Below, in pieces: positions 53,500 to 64,000 of a DNA stretch of 64,000 nt. The notes under the pieces were generated by a model. That model was given only the letters and a program-made list of their open reading frames with translations. It was not told where the DNA came from and did not search any database. Position 1 is the first letter of the stretch, and each line of letters opens with the position of its first letter. This DNA is from Raillietiella orientalis (taxonomy: Eukaryota). The position numbers were made by a program, and so were the translations under genes. The stretch is from positions 5,394,001 through 5,458,000 of the forward strand of contig JAYWIR010000001.1 of the NCBI GenBank assembly GCA_036172245.1, written 5' to 3'.

Positions 53500-55700
53500 A
53501 ATTTACCCTCCTTCCAGATGGGCTCGCCGCTTATTGTGGTGGTGGTGGGGTGACCAGAGACCACCAACATCCTTATTCCAGGTCCCTGTTGTACCAAGTC
53601 AGCCGATGCGCCAGATTGCGAGGACCTTTTTCCTCCCTGCCTCCTTCCCCCTCCCGCCACAGCTGATGCGGAAAGGAGCACTTCTGCCACCTCGGCAGCA
53701 GCCAATCCTTGCACTTTCATTACCAGAAAGGCACTTCCTGTGCTCTCCAAGTCTTACCGAGCCAGAGGCAGATCTTCCTCGTCCTTGACAGCAGTTTAGG
53801 CAAGGCCTAGAGATTTGGGAAGGGTGGCGGTGAAAATGTGTCTCCCCGCCTTCCTGTGCTCCCACCATTCCCTCCGATGACGAATGTTTATCGACTTTAG
53901 GAGTGACAGACTCAGTTGCGCTTTCGCCATCGGAGGGCCTTTCAGAGATAAGGCTCTCGTGCAGTTCTAGGGCTTGCTGCACTCTTCTTCGCACTTGCCC
54001 GCGTCGAAGGCTATGTGGTCACGATCTCCGTGCGCGGCACCAAACGCCGCAGGTTCGAAGACTCGGCAAGAATCCACACCCAGAGATGAGGAGTGAGTCG
54101 TGGGTTCGAGTTGCTCCCGGAAGATGACGCTGGTTGACCTGCATTCATTCGGGTGCGGACTGGTAGCGGTTCAAACCGGATGCCCCCGATGAAGGCTGGG
54201 ACAATGGGAGTCGTCCTCCGGGTCCTTCCAGAAAACAGAATCAAAGAGTGGGGGTTCCCCTCCAGTTGTGCGGAGGAGCAAACCCCCCCTTCGGAGAGGA
54301 CCCTCCGTCTCGTGCCATGGAGTAAGTGTGGTACCGCTCCAGAGTGCAAAGAAGCGACTGCAGCCGCTTTTCAGCAGCGAAGAAAGAAAAAAGAAACGTA
54401 CCGCTCCCTTCGGGGTTGTCTTCAGAGGAGGAAGTAGGGAGCGATTTCCCTACGGGGGGTCCCTCCGGAGAAGAAATTCCTAATAGCGGATCCTTTCCGG
54501 GTGCCCTCCGGAGAGAATAAGGAGGCCTAGTCCACCGTCCCTGCGTGGAGCGCACAAGTCCTTTAGTCGGACGCGAGACCTTCATGTGCCCCACAGGGCC
54601 TTTCTCAGGAGGCCCTTTGTCCTTGTCTTTATTTGTGGGGAGGGAGGAACAAACAAAAAGTGGGGGGAAAAGGAGGGGGGCCGCAAACACGTTTCACACC
54701 GCTCCTCCAAGTAAAACTTGCCGTCACGGAACGGGCCGATCTCCAACTCCAACTTTTGGAGACGGTCGGACCAGGCTTCTGCAGCTCAGAGGTCTCCCAA
54801 TGGAACGCCGAGGTACTTAAAGTACCCTTCTGTGGAGATCCCCAAGCGGATCAAGTCAGGGCGCTCTGCCCGCGCCGCACCAACTGGAACGATCGACGAC
54901 TCCTCCCTGTTCACCTCCAGACCCGTCCTGCGACTGAGCAACTCGAAGAACTCCTCGAGAACAGAAGCCGGGGTGGACCCGGGGAGCAGCAGCAGAAGAT
55001 CGTCTGCATAGTCTGACACGGCAGGCGTGCCGGGACACGAGCTCGACAGGGTTGCTAAAGTCTCCCTGTATGCTCTTAGCATCAACTCGAAATAGATGCT
55101 GAAGAGAAAGGGCTCATACTGTCACCCTGCCTTATGCTGCGCCGAACCGGCACGCCGTACACGTGCCAGCCGCTGGGAGAAATGTTTAGTAAGTAGTTTG
55201 AAACGCAAAGCGCCAGCAGGAGCCCAGATAACCCAGGAGCAAGTTCGGGAAACCCATGCGTTCCAGGAGCTCCAGAAGGAGTGTTTGGTCCATGCAGTCG
55301 AAAGCTTTATGCAAATCGACTGCGAGTGCAAGGGCTCTTGATGCATGCGTTTCTTCTTGGTTTTCCACTCCCTGGTCAGAGGAGAATCCAGAATTCTCAT
55401 GACACAGCTGCGTCTCGTGTTGTTGCAGCTGCCACCAAGTGCTGGATAGGAGGTATCCCTTCAGGGGTAGCTCCTATCTTGAAGAATTACACGCACCCTC
55501 GGGTGGCGTGTAGCGGCACTAAAGCGACCCACGCAGCATTAAAGAGCTGTGTGAGCCGCCAGGCGCGCGACGTTCTTGAAGCACTCCTCTTCATGGTCAC
55601 CTCTCATGACCAGTGATCTTGGAGAAGTCACCAAAAGGACCAGGAGAGTCGCTTGAAAGCTCTCGCTTGAAGATGGCCGAGGGTACATTGGCATGCAAAC
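53500..55700 (-). mobile_element. Decayed L1/Tx1-like non-LTR retrotransposon ORF2 (reverse transcriptase and downstream region), interrupted by a SINE
   Basis: Ordered RT motifs on the minus strand: SPGPFG (55647-55630), RLTQLFN, AVDLHKAFDCMDQTLLLELLERMGFP (ORF 55186-55368), PFLFSIY, DYADDLLL, TGLEVNREES, FKYLGVPL (ORF 54786-55085) and AWSDRLQK. Beyond the SINE the ORF resumes with LLKSINIRHRREWW..HIFTATLPKSLGL and LWLGKTWR (~53910-53740). Stops and frameshifts are present. Confidence 0.85.
53997..54680 (+). mobile_element. tRNA-derived SINE, copy 3, inserted into the L1/Tx1-like LINE
   Basis: Starts GCCCGCGT like copy 1. CCAAACGCCGCAGGTTCGAA, GACGCTGGTTGACCTG and CTCCGGAGAAGAAATTCCTAATAGCGGATCCTTT match copy 1. 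It separates two consecutive parts of the LINE ORF2. The 3' limit is approximate. Confidence 0.72.
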
Positions 55701-55849
55701 GTCCCGTCCCCTTTGCCGGAAGGGAAACTCCGAGAGAACGAGCGCAGTTGCTGATCATCCAGCATCAGTGGTCCGGCAGGGTTCTCGCTGAAGCTCCGTT
55801 CCGTTGAGTGCAGCAGCAGCAGCAGCAACAGCAGCAAGGAAGCGTGCTT

Positions 55850-57350
55850 TCCGAAATCAGCCCGAAAAATTGCCACCAGAATAACGCAAAAAATTCCCGA
55901 AATTCATCCGTACTCCGAGCACTAGTTCAAGCACACGAAATCCTTCTGGAAGTACAATCTCCGTTCTATTTTTGGCTTCAAACCGGTCCATCAAAGCTAC
56001 TGCAATCATCGCTAACAGCGAAAACTTCTGATTCCGTTTCCAAATTATTTTTGCACCACAGGAACCTCATCATTTTAGCACGTTATTCGTTTTCTAGGTA
56101 CTGCTTATCCTGCATGCCTTAGTTCGATATCTCTCCACAATCCAGTACCCTGCATCCTCCGGCAATCCATGGCAACTGCCGATCTATTTTCGTACTCTCG
56201 TGCTTGTTTTTCAGTCGTTACCAAAGTGCATTTTATGTTTCTCAGCAAGATAATTCGATTATTGAATTTCGTTAATGGAATCTAAAGCCAGGTTTGGCAT
56301 TGGAACTCCATTTTATTTCTTCGATAAATTTCCTCATAAAGGTGATAAATTATTTTTTCAGCATTTAGTTTTATGTTTTCATGCCTATCGTGACTTGTTT
56401 TTTCAAGATGATTGCAAGATAGGATCAGAAGATGCTTCTCTGCCTTGGTCTGATTTTCTTTTCCTGTTTTAGAAGCAAATTTGGCAGTAATCAGTCGTCC
56501 TCGTTAATAAAATGGTCATGATGCTATTTTATCTGCCGAGAATTCAATTATTTTACTGTCGCTGACCGTGCATGCCAATCAATAACACGTTCAATTATTT
56601 CAGCAATCGTACTTTCTACTGTATTCTTCTGATTAATAGTTTCTCACATTTCGTTTGCAATAAGCACTCTGTCTCAGTGTCGATGGAAACCGGCTCAGTG
56701 TTCTACTATTTTATGATAGTTTTCAGAATCGTGCTGCATCAGCTTTCCCGTCGCTTTCGTGGATTCCTTTAAAATTAAATCTGAGCTTCTGCCGCTGAAT
56801 TCAGTTCTCTCTCAAGGAGCCAGCATTGCACTGCTAAGCGACTCTCTAAGAGCTCTACTCTTAAAGCTCTACTTTAAATTCAATTCCTGCTCTCTCTCTT
56901 TGGTTTCACATCACCAAACAAGAAATTCTGTTAACACTGTGATGTATGAAAAACTGATCTTTGTCCTGGAAAAGAATTCCTATGTCTGTTTTGATTGCTG
57001 CAAACTTTCATGTTTTCGCAAGATTTTTAGCTTTGCTATTTTCAACAGTTGTTTCGAGCTCTTGTAAACTCCCAAGTCGGTGCGAGTTGCTGTGTGAATG
57101 GTTATTGCTGCCTTGGTTTCGATGGTGTCACCAAAACAAGGCATGCTTCTCCCCGTTCTAGTTGGAATTCCTCATTAAATCTTTGTTCCACTGTCCACGT
57201 CAGAATCTTTGAAAACTTTTCACGGTTTCCGTCAGTGGACTCCTTTCTAAGAAATGGATCCAAAGAGCCGTTTGTTTTCTCGATGGCACTTCAGTTCCTC
57301 TCGAAATTGGCTGCTTTTGTGTGAGTGATCATGACAGAACTTGAACTTTT
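55850..57350 (-). pseudogene. Candidate endogenous viral element: decayed flavi-like (jingmenvirus/large-genome-flavivirus-like) NS5 RNA-dependent RNA polymerase fragment
   Basis: The minus strand carries, in correct order: LPNLLLKQEKK (KQEKK 56469-56455), AKPGFRF (~56298-56278), KMHFG (shifted frame, ~56236-56221), LPWIAGGCRVLDCGEI (~56175-56128) and FAVSDDCSSFDGPV (56022-55981, D-x4-D motif A). It has many stops and apparent compensating frameshifts. Motifs B and C are absent. The left and right limits are approximate. Confidence 0.55.
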
Positions 57351-58377
57351 GCTCTCGATTCAAAATATAGGAAATTGGCAATCATGAAAATTATTATTAG
57401 GAATCAACTTCAGCAAACAAAATAAACAACAAATGACTATGTTTTCATACGAGCATTTGTCATTCAAATGTGAGTTACTTTCTATTCCTCTTCCTTTTCC
57501 CTTTCTCATTGCAATAAATCAGCTTCCTGTTGTTGAAGTTTTTGAATGCATGGGAGTGTTTGGGGGGGAAAAAACGAAGAAATTGTTACTATTACTACGC
57601 TGAACGAAAAATCACAGCACACTTGAGCACGCTGTTTCAGCTTGGAATCCGAAAAACCTGCAACACTTGATCTGAAAACTGTCCGACTTCTGTATCCTTA
57701 TATCTTTTGCATTTAAAGGCAAATCACAAGGAGAAAAAGACATGGTCACGTTTTCTCGTTCCTCCAACAAGTATACTTGGAGATGAACAAGAGTTGGATC
57801 GGCTAATTGAGATCTGCATGGCAGCTGTCAAAACTAGCAAAACCCCAAACGATTAGTGATTTTGAAAATAAACAGGAAAGGAGGCGCACACATTCCTGTA
57901 GAGGAAAACAAGTACCTTAAAGTAAACACGTACCTCAGAGTACTTCAATTGCAGATGCACTGTTAGAAATAACGAAATGCACATTAATTATCGGAAATTC
58001 GCCACAGAAGTGGTGTCTTCACGTTCATTAAATGTGCTTTTCTCTGTTCTCCGGGTACTCAAATAAAAAGAATACCATGTTTAGAGGAAAAAAAAAAAAT
58101 ACCGTTCTGCTGGAAAATTAACGAACCTGCACTTAATTTTGTCCCCAAACGGACCACTCGCTGTATCAAAACGAGTGTACAGTGTTCTGTCTTCATTATT
58201 CGTAGTTGCGACTTGCAAGCCCTGACCGCTGTCTGATAGATTTGAATTGCTGAGTAAACAAAGGTTTGTAACCTTGCAACGAGGCGTGATTGGCCGTAGC
58301 TCTGTGATGTCACGGAGAGGCTCAATTTTCGAATCAGACGGAAACAGCTCACGCGAAGGTGTGTAGTTCCATGGAGC

Positions 58378-61300
58378 ATGGATGGAAATATGTCATCGGC
58401 AAACGTTAGATCTCCAGATTATGTCTCGGCATCGACCAAGTTTTATAAGTTACAAAAGCATATCTTGAAATCCGATTTCGAGACAGCTAGCCAACAAGGT
58501 ATTTATTTTCTTAAAGAAAGAAAGAAAAAAAGGAAATACAGGCACTCGCATTTGTTTCGAGTAACGTATGATTCTAAAATACAATGAATTTTTAGATGAT
58601 TGGAACTTGGACCTTGGAGCATTACTGAATTGCTTCTGTTTATTATACGAAAATATTAACAATGGAAATATTAAGAATGATTGTTTCTCGAAAAAATTTT
58701 TGAAAAAATGTAAGTCAGTTTCCATTAAATACAAACATTCAGTCACTGCCCATTTCTTAAAAGTAAAAAATGTATGTATGTTGTGCAAAGCAGTCATATT
58801 TCTTGACAATGCATCTGTATAGTATTACAAAGAGTGTTTCCTCAAGTGTATAGTTTACTTGGGAATAGAGGGTATATGAAATGCAAACCTTTCATACAGT
58901 TGAAGATATACAATTCTAGTTCATGGAACCATATCAAGAATCGAATCCTTGCGCATTACTTTGGACGACTTTGAGATTTTACAAGCCATTGGAAGAGGTC
59001 ATTTTGGGAATGTCTATGCAGTGAAAGAAAAAGCCTCTCATGCTATTTATGCAATGAAAGTAATATGCAAAACTGATGCCATTTCACACAAAAATGTAAA
59101 AAAAACATCTCTAAAAGCAACAATCCTTAAACGTTTTTGTAGTTATCCTTTCAAGAAGAGAGGGATGTTTTGGCTATTGCCAATAGTGCTTGGCTTACCC
59201 AGCTCCAATATGCTTTTCAAGATTCTAGAAATTTGTATCTCGTTATGGAATTTGGTGCTGGAGGGAACTTATGTACTTTCTTGGAAGCATATCATGAAGT
59301 CTTTTCTGAAAAAATGGCTCAGTTTTACTTAGCTGAACTTGTCATGGCTATCCATGCATTACATTGTATGGGCTATATTCACAGGTGAGATTTGATCCCA
59401 TGGACTCATTTCTTATGTTTATCAGAGATGTGAGACCAGAAAATGTCTTGATAACAGATTTGGGTCATTTGAAATTGGCAGACTTTGGTTCTGCATGCAG
59501 AATGAATGCTAATAAGATAGCCCTTTGTGAGATGTATACAGATACTCCTGATTATGTGGCTCCAGAAATCTTGCATGCATATGATCAGGCAAGTAAAAGA
59601 TGTACTCCTCAAAAGCCTAGTCAGCTTATGAAGACAGCCTATACTGTGAGTAAAGTGTTTGATTATGCAAACACTTTCAATTTGAGTAGACAAAAACAGA
59701 TTACTGGTCATTGGGTATCATAGCCTATGAAATGATATTTGGATATCTGCCTTTCCAAGATGAGGATGTGACAATGACGTTTTATAATATTTTGGACTTT
59801 AAGGTTTGCTTGAAAAACGAGATGCAAAAATAAGTTGTCTTGGTAGAGAAAACTTTCCTTTCCAGAGGTTCCAGAAAATATTAACCCTAGCACAAGATCT
59901 TTCATCAAAGGACTTTTGAATGACAGCAAGGTGCGCTTGGACTATGACGGTCTTTTAAACCATGAGTTCTTTGCTGGAATAAATTGGACCAATCTTCTTG
60001 AAAGTATTTGCCTTTTGTGAGACTGCAGACAAGTGCAGAGGTTTTCAGAGGTTCCACCAATCATACCCAAGACACTTGAAATGGAAAATGCATGCAAGTC
60101 AGCTGACACGTTCCACAGCCAGTACAGTAGCAAGTCTCACTTAGAAGTCAGTAAACAGTTCACAACTTATCAGCTGCCATTTCTGGCATACAATTTTATT
60201 CGAGACATCAGGGGAAAGGAACTTGAATGTTCCACTGATTTGTGAGTCACCTCCCCTCATTTCTAACAATGAGCATTGCTTTAGGAACCAGACAATGAAT
60301 TTTTCTGCTGGGAGTCCGGTTTGTTCAGGCAGACATGGATCTTCAGAACAGAAAGCGAGTAAACAGCTCTTACAGTTCAATAAAACCGTTACTGAACTCA
60401 AAAGTGAGCTGGAGAACAAGTGAGAACTGTAGCTTGATGATAAATTAATTTTCATGAGCCAGGGATGCCAAACTGTCAAAGTTACTCGAAGATATCAAGA
60501 TTTCGGAAAAGCAGTTGGAGAACAAGGAGCAGCAAATACGCAACTTGAGTAGAATCAATGAGGTTAGTAAAAGAAGATGCATGGATTGTACTGCTCGTTT
60601 ATTTCCAGAGAAAAGCAGAACAGCAACAAAATGAAAGTCCCATCCTCGCACAGCTTCGCAAGGAAAATGCAAAACTAAAAAAAACTCACCTTTGTGACAG
60701 ACAAGAATGGCAGCAATTGATGCAAAATCAATTGGTGGTAGGATGATGATATGGTCATTATTGAAAACTTATTGCTTGCTGCAGTTCAGTAAGGAATTAG
60801 ACGAAAAACTGCAGTTAGCGAAAAAATATTTGAAAAGTGCCCTTGAGGAAAAGAAGATCATGGAAGTCAAATATAAATTGTTGCAAGAAAATAATCAGGA
60901 ATACAGGAAAAAGGTACCATGTTTGTTGTGATGCTGGCACCAAATTTTTTTACAATAGCTAGAGGAAAGAAGAAAGTCCCAAACACAAGAACAACTTTCA
61001 ACACTGGAATCCATCAAGAATACTTCTGATGAGCTGCAGAAGATACAAACGGAAAACAACATGCTGAAATTGAAACTGGGGAATCAAGAAGCTCTCCTCC
61101 AATCATGTAAAAAAAGCAAAGAACAACTGGAATCTAACTATAAATCCTCTCGAGAAAAATGTCTGGAATTACAACAGCAGCTGGAACAGGAGTCACTTGA
61201 AAGGAAGAAGCCATTGGATGAGGAGTATAAAGTTATCTTTGATAAGAAGCTTGCACAAGAAAAGAAGGAAAAGGAAATGTTGCAAGCTCGAATTGATTGC

Positions 61301-64000
61301 CTGGAGAAGGAACTTTTGGAGCAAAAAAAACACTTCTCTCGAGGAAAAGAAACTATGGAGAACAGCTTTCTGGATGAGAAAAAATGCTATGAGGAGGAAT
61401 TACGTGGTCTGGGAGAACGCCTTTCCGAATTAACGATGAAGCAACAAACCACATTAGATGAGAAGAATGTTTTATCACAAAATTTGAAGAAACTAGAGAG
61501 AGAGCTACATGCATGCCAAGAGAAATTAACAAAGCTTTCTGAAGTCAATGATCAGGCCATTTCTGAGAATTTATTGCCTTCAGATTCTGATGACTTTTTG
61601 AAGAAGCTACAGTCAGAACTAACAGCAACGAAAGAAGAATATGCACAACAGCAAGTGCGATGTACTAAACTTAGTGCTGATCTGAGTGCACTGAATGAGG
61701 AGTTAGGTAAGGCAAAGGAAGACTTACTCGTGGCAAAGAAGGAGGAAGAAAAAACATTATCTTTGGTGTCATACCTTAGAGGAGAGATGAAAGAAAAGCG
61801 TGCAGAGCTACAGAAATCAAAACAGAAGATTCTAGAGCTAGAAGATGAAGTTTCTAGTTTCAGGAATGATAAATTAGAATTGAAAAAACAAATTGAGCAT
61901 TATGAGCATAAGTTGAAGGAACAAACTGATATTGAAAAGGTAGCTGTAACTGTTCAACCATGAATTATCTGTTTTTGTAGCATTTAGTTTCCGCTCATCA
62001 AAAAGAGATTCAGGATCTGAAACACAAATGCTCAGAGCTGGAAGAGAAAATAGGGCTTTTGAGGCAGCAACAAGCGCAATTAAATGATGAGAGAGAGAAA
62101 TTACTATTTCAAGCAAAAAACAGCGAAGCCAAAGTGAATTCTTTAGAGGAAGATTGCAAAAACAAGCAAGAAGACATTTCCGGCAAAGAGGCTAAGTTGT
62201 CCTCTATGGAAATGGTAAGAATTAGATCTTGAAAAATATAATTAGCAACATGTGGGCATGCAGAACTATTTAGCTTTGAAGAAGGTTGCAATGATTTTGG
62301 ATGGAGAAGTGGAGATGTTAAGTGAGAAGATTAGCCAGCTCGAGGAAGACAAAAAAGCAGATGCTGTGCTCAAAGAAGAGCTCCAAAATCAAGTAACACA
62401 ATTAAAAGAGAATCTAAAAAAGGCCTATGCTGCCAGCAATGAGAATAAATCGTTGAAAATTTTCACGGAGGGCCGGGCTGCCGATTTGGAAAGACAAATC
62501 AGGCAACTTCAAGAAGAAGCAAATCAGCAAGAAACGGCCCTTCTTAATGAGCGCAGCACGCATAACGCTTGTGTGCTACAATTGACAGCTGAGTTGGAAA
62601 CAGTCACCAAGGAACTGAATCAGAGTAAGGAAGAAGTCAGCAAGCTAGAAAAGGAGAACTCTGAACTGAAACAGAAAGTCAAATCCCTGCTTGCTGATTG
62701 TTTGAAGCTTCATGATGAATTGGCTGCTTTTAAGCAAGAATCTCAGAAGTCTTCTGCTTATCTGATGGATTCGTGGGAGAGGTCAGACAGCCAGGCAAAA
62801 CAGTTAGCAATGGAGCTCACTAAGCTTCAAGATCAAAACAAGGAAAACCAGATGACCATACAAGAACAGAACATCAAGTTTTCTGCAACAATTTTGCAGC
62901 AAAAGAAATTGATTGATTTTTTACAAAAGAAAAATGAAGAGCTGAAAGGAAGTAAAAAGAAACCTCTGTCTGTACTAGGGAGACCCTACAAGAAAGGCTC
63001 ACAACGAACGGATGTTCCCTGCGAGCATCAGAATCATCAAAGTAACTTGGACATGAACAAACACTGCGCCTTTTCGGTATTTAATCAACCCGAGCAGCCC
63101 AGACTTCAGTTGCCCAATGTGGAAGAGCAGATCCAAGGCTGTCATAGTGTAGCTAACAAAACTGAGAAGAAATACGTAGCTCATCAGTTTATCCCAACTC
63201 TGAATATGATGACAAGAAAATGCTGCGGGTGCTTAGGCACTGTCCATTTTAGTCGCCAATGTTTGTGTTGTAATCAGTGTGGCTGCGTTGCTCACCGTCA
63301 TTGCGCAGATAAAGTGAATAAGGAAGCTCCATTGTGTGGATTTCCTCAAGAAGGAGATCCTCAGTTAGCCAATCTGTGCTCTAAAGGAGTCACATTTGAG
63401 GATGGGAAATACTCTGAAAACTCTGCGCAATTCGAAACTGGATTGGCTGAGGGTGTTGTTCAGGTGCTGCGAGGAGAAGCTTGGGAAAGACGCAAGTTGC
63501 AACTGCAAGGCACTCATCTGCTAATATGGGATGAGGATGCTCTTGAAGAAGTGGACCTCCATCCGGACGACGGGCATACGAATGTTGTTGCAACAGTTTC
63601 TGACGCCGAGCTTCCCAAGATAGATGCTGGCCAACTTGTCTTTGTTTTCAAAGTCGAAATATTGCCTTACACGACAAGTTGGGTGCCCTACGTCTTTTAT
63701 TTTATGGCGCCCACTCTGACAGAGAAGCAAGGATGGATCTCCTCCATTTCCGAAGTTGCCGCTCCTCCGGTTGAAGGTCAGGACCCAGAAGTGTTTCCCC
63801 GCACAGCCGAGACAATTGCCACATTGACTTTCTCAAATATCAGTGAAGTGTTTTGTGCCCTGCCCTTTCGTCAGCGGCTGTTGATTGGAACGAACATAGG
63901 AATCTGCGTCTTGGAAAAAAACCAAGAAACATTTTTCATTCGAGATATCAGTCCCGTTTTTAGTCTAACCAAAGTCAGTCAGTTCCAGAGAGTGTTGTTC
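58378..64000 (+). CDS. CIT: Citron Rho-interacting serine/threonine kinase (citron kinase/Sticky orthologue), multi-exon, 3' end beyond window
   Basis: Manual GT-AG splicing gives one continuous frame. Exons: 58378-58498, 58596-58709, 58920-59095, 59143-59384, 59426-59645, 59690-59803, 59847-60003, 60049-60241, 60285-60419, 60463-60562, 60609-~60737, 60785-60913, 60959-61939, 61981-62214, 62264->64000. AGC kinase motifs: [61 protein letters not shown]. These are followed by a long coiled coil, a citron-type [13 protein letters not shown], a C1 domain ([41 protein letters not shown]), a PH domain ([25 protein letters not shown]) and the start of CNH ([17 protein letters not shown]). The first exon and start codon are less certain. 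Confidence 0.92.
58920..60241 (+). other. CIT: Kinase domain and AGC C-terminal tail exons of the citron kinase gene
   Basis: ORF-track fragments 58949, 59170, 59364 and 60033 join in frame across 41-47 nt GT-AG introns into a DMPK/ROCK/citron-family kinase domain. Confidence 0.93.
62264..64000 (+). other. CIT: Long 3' exon of citron kinase (end of coiled coil, C1, PH, start of CNH); open to the window edge
   Basis: Stop-free frame from the acceptor catgcag|aac at 62263 to 64000. It is missing from the ORF track because it has no stop. The C1, PH and CNH motifs are in citron order. Confidence 0.9.

Noticed and set aside
56275-57324. Plus-strand ORFs 56275, 56572, 56759, 56961 and 57049
   Set aside because: F/S/L-rich with no motifs. 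Best explained as antisense shadows of the decayed minus-strand coding sequence.
58542-58560. Possible 19-nt micro-exon inside citron intron 1
   Set aside because: Including it introduces an in-frame stop. The single 97-nt intron keeps the frame.

Overview
Eukaryotic (invertebrate-like) genomic window with two sharply different domains. 1-~55,800 is GC- and CpG-rich and low in complexity. I found no recognisable host protein-coding gene there, and the many ORFs in the track are GC artefacts. It holds long polypurine/polypyrimidine tracts, microsatellites, AT-rich islands with TF-like motifs (X-box, octamer, posterior-Hox sites), three copies of a tRNA-headed SINE, two decayed non-LTR retrotransposons, two inverted-repeat pairs and a 15-bp-period minisatellite. 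~55,850-64,000 is AT-rich. It carries a decayed minus-strand segment with the ordered motifs of a flavi-like (jingmen/large-genome-flavivirus-like) NS5 RdRp, a candidate endogenous viral element directly abutting an L1/Tx1-like LINE. After it comes a multi-exon citron Rho-interacting kinase gene (kinase, coiled coil, C1, PH, start of CNH) that runs off the window. Its introns are mostly 41-49 nt and it has unusual substitutions in the kinase catalytic and P+1 loops. All calls come from manual reading and translation; no database search was run.
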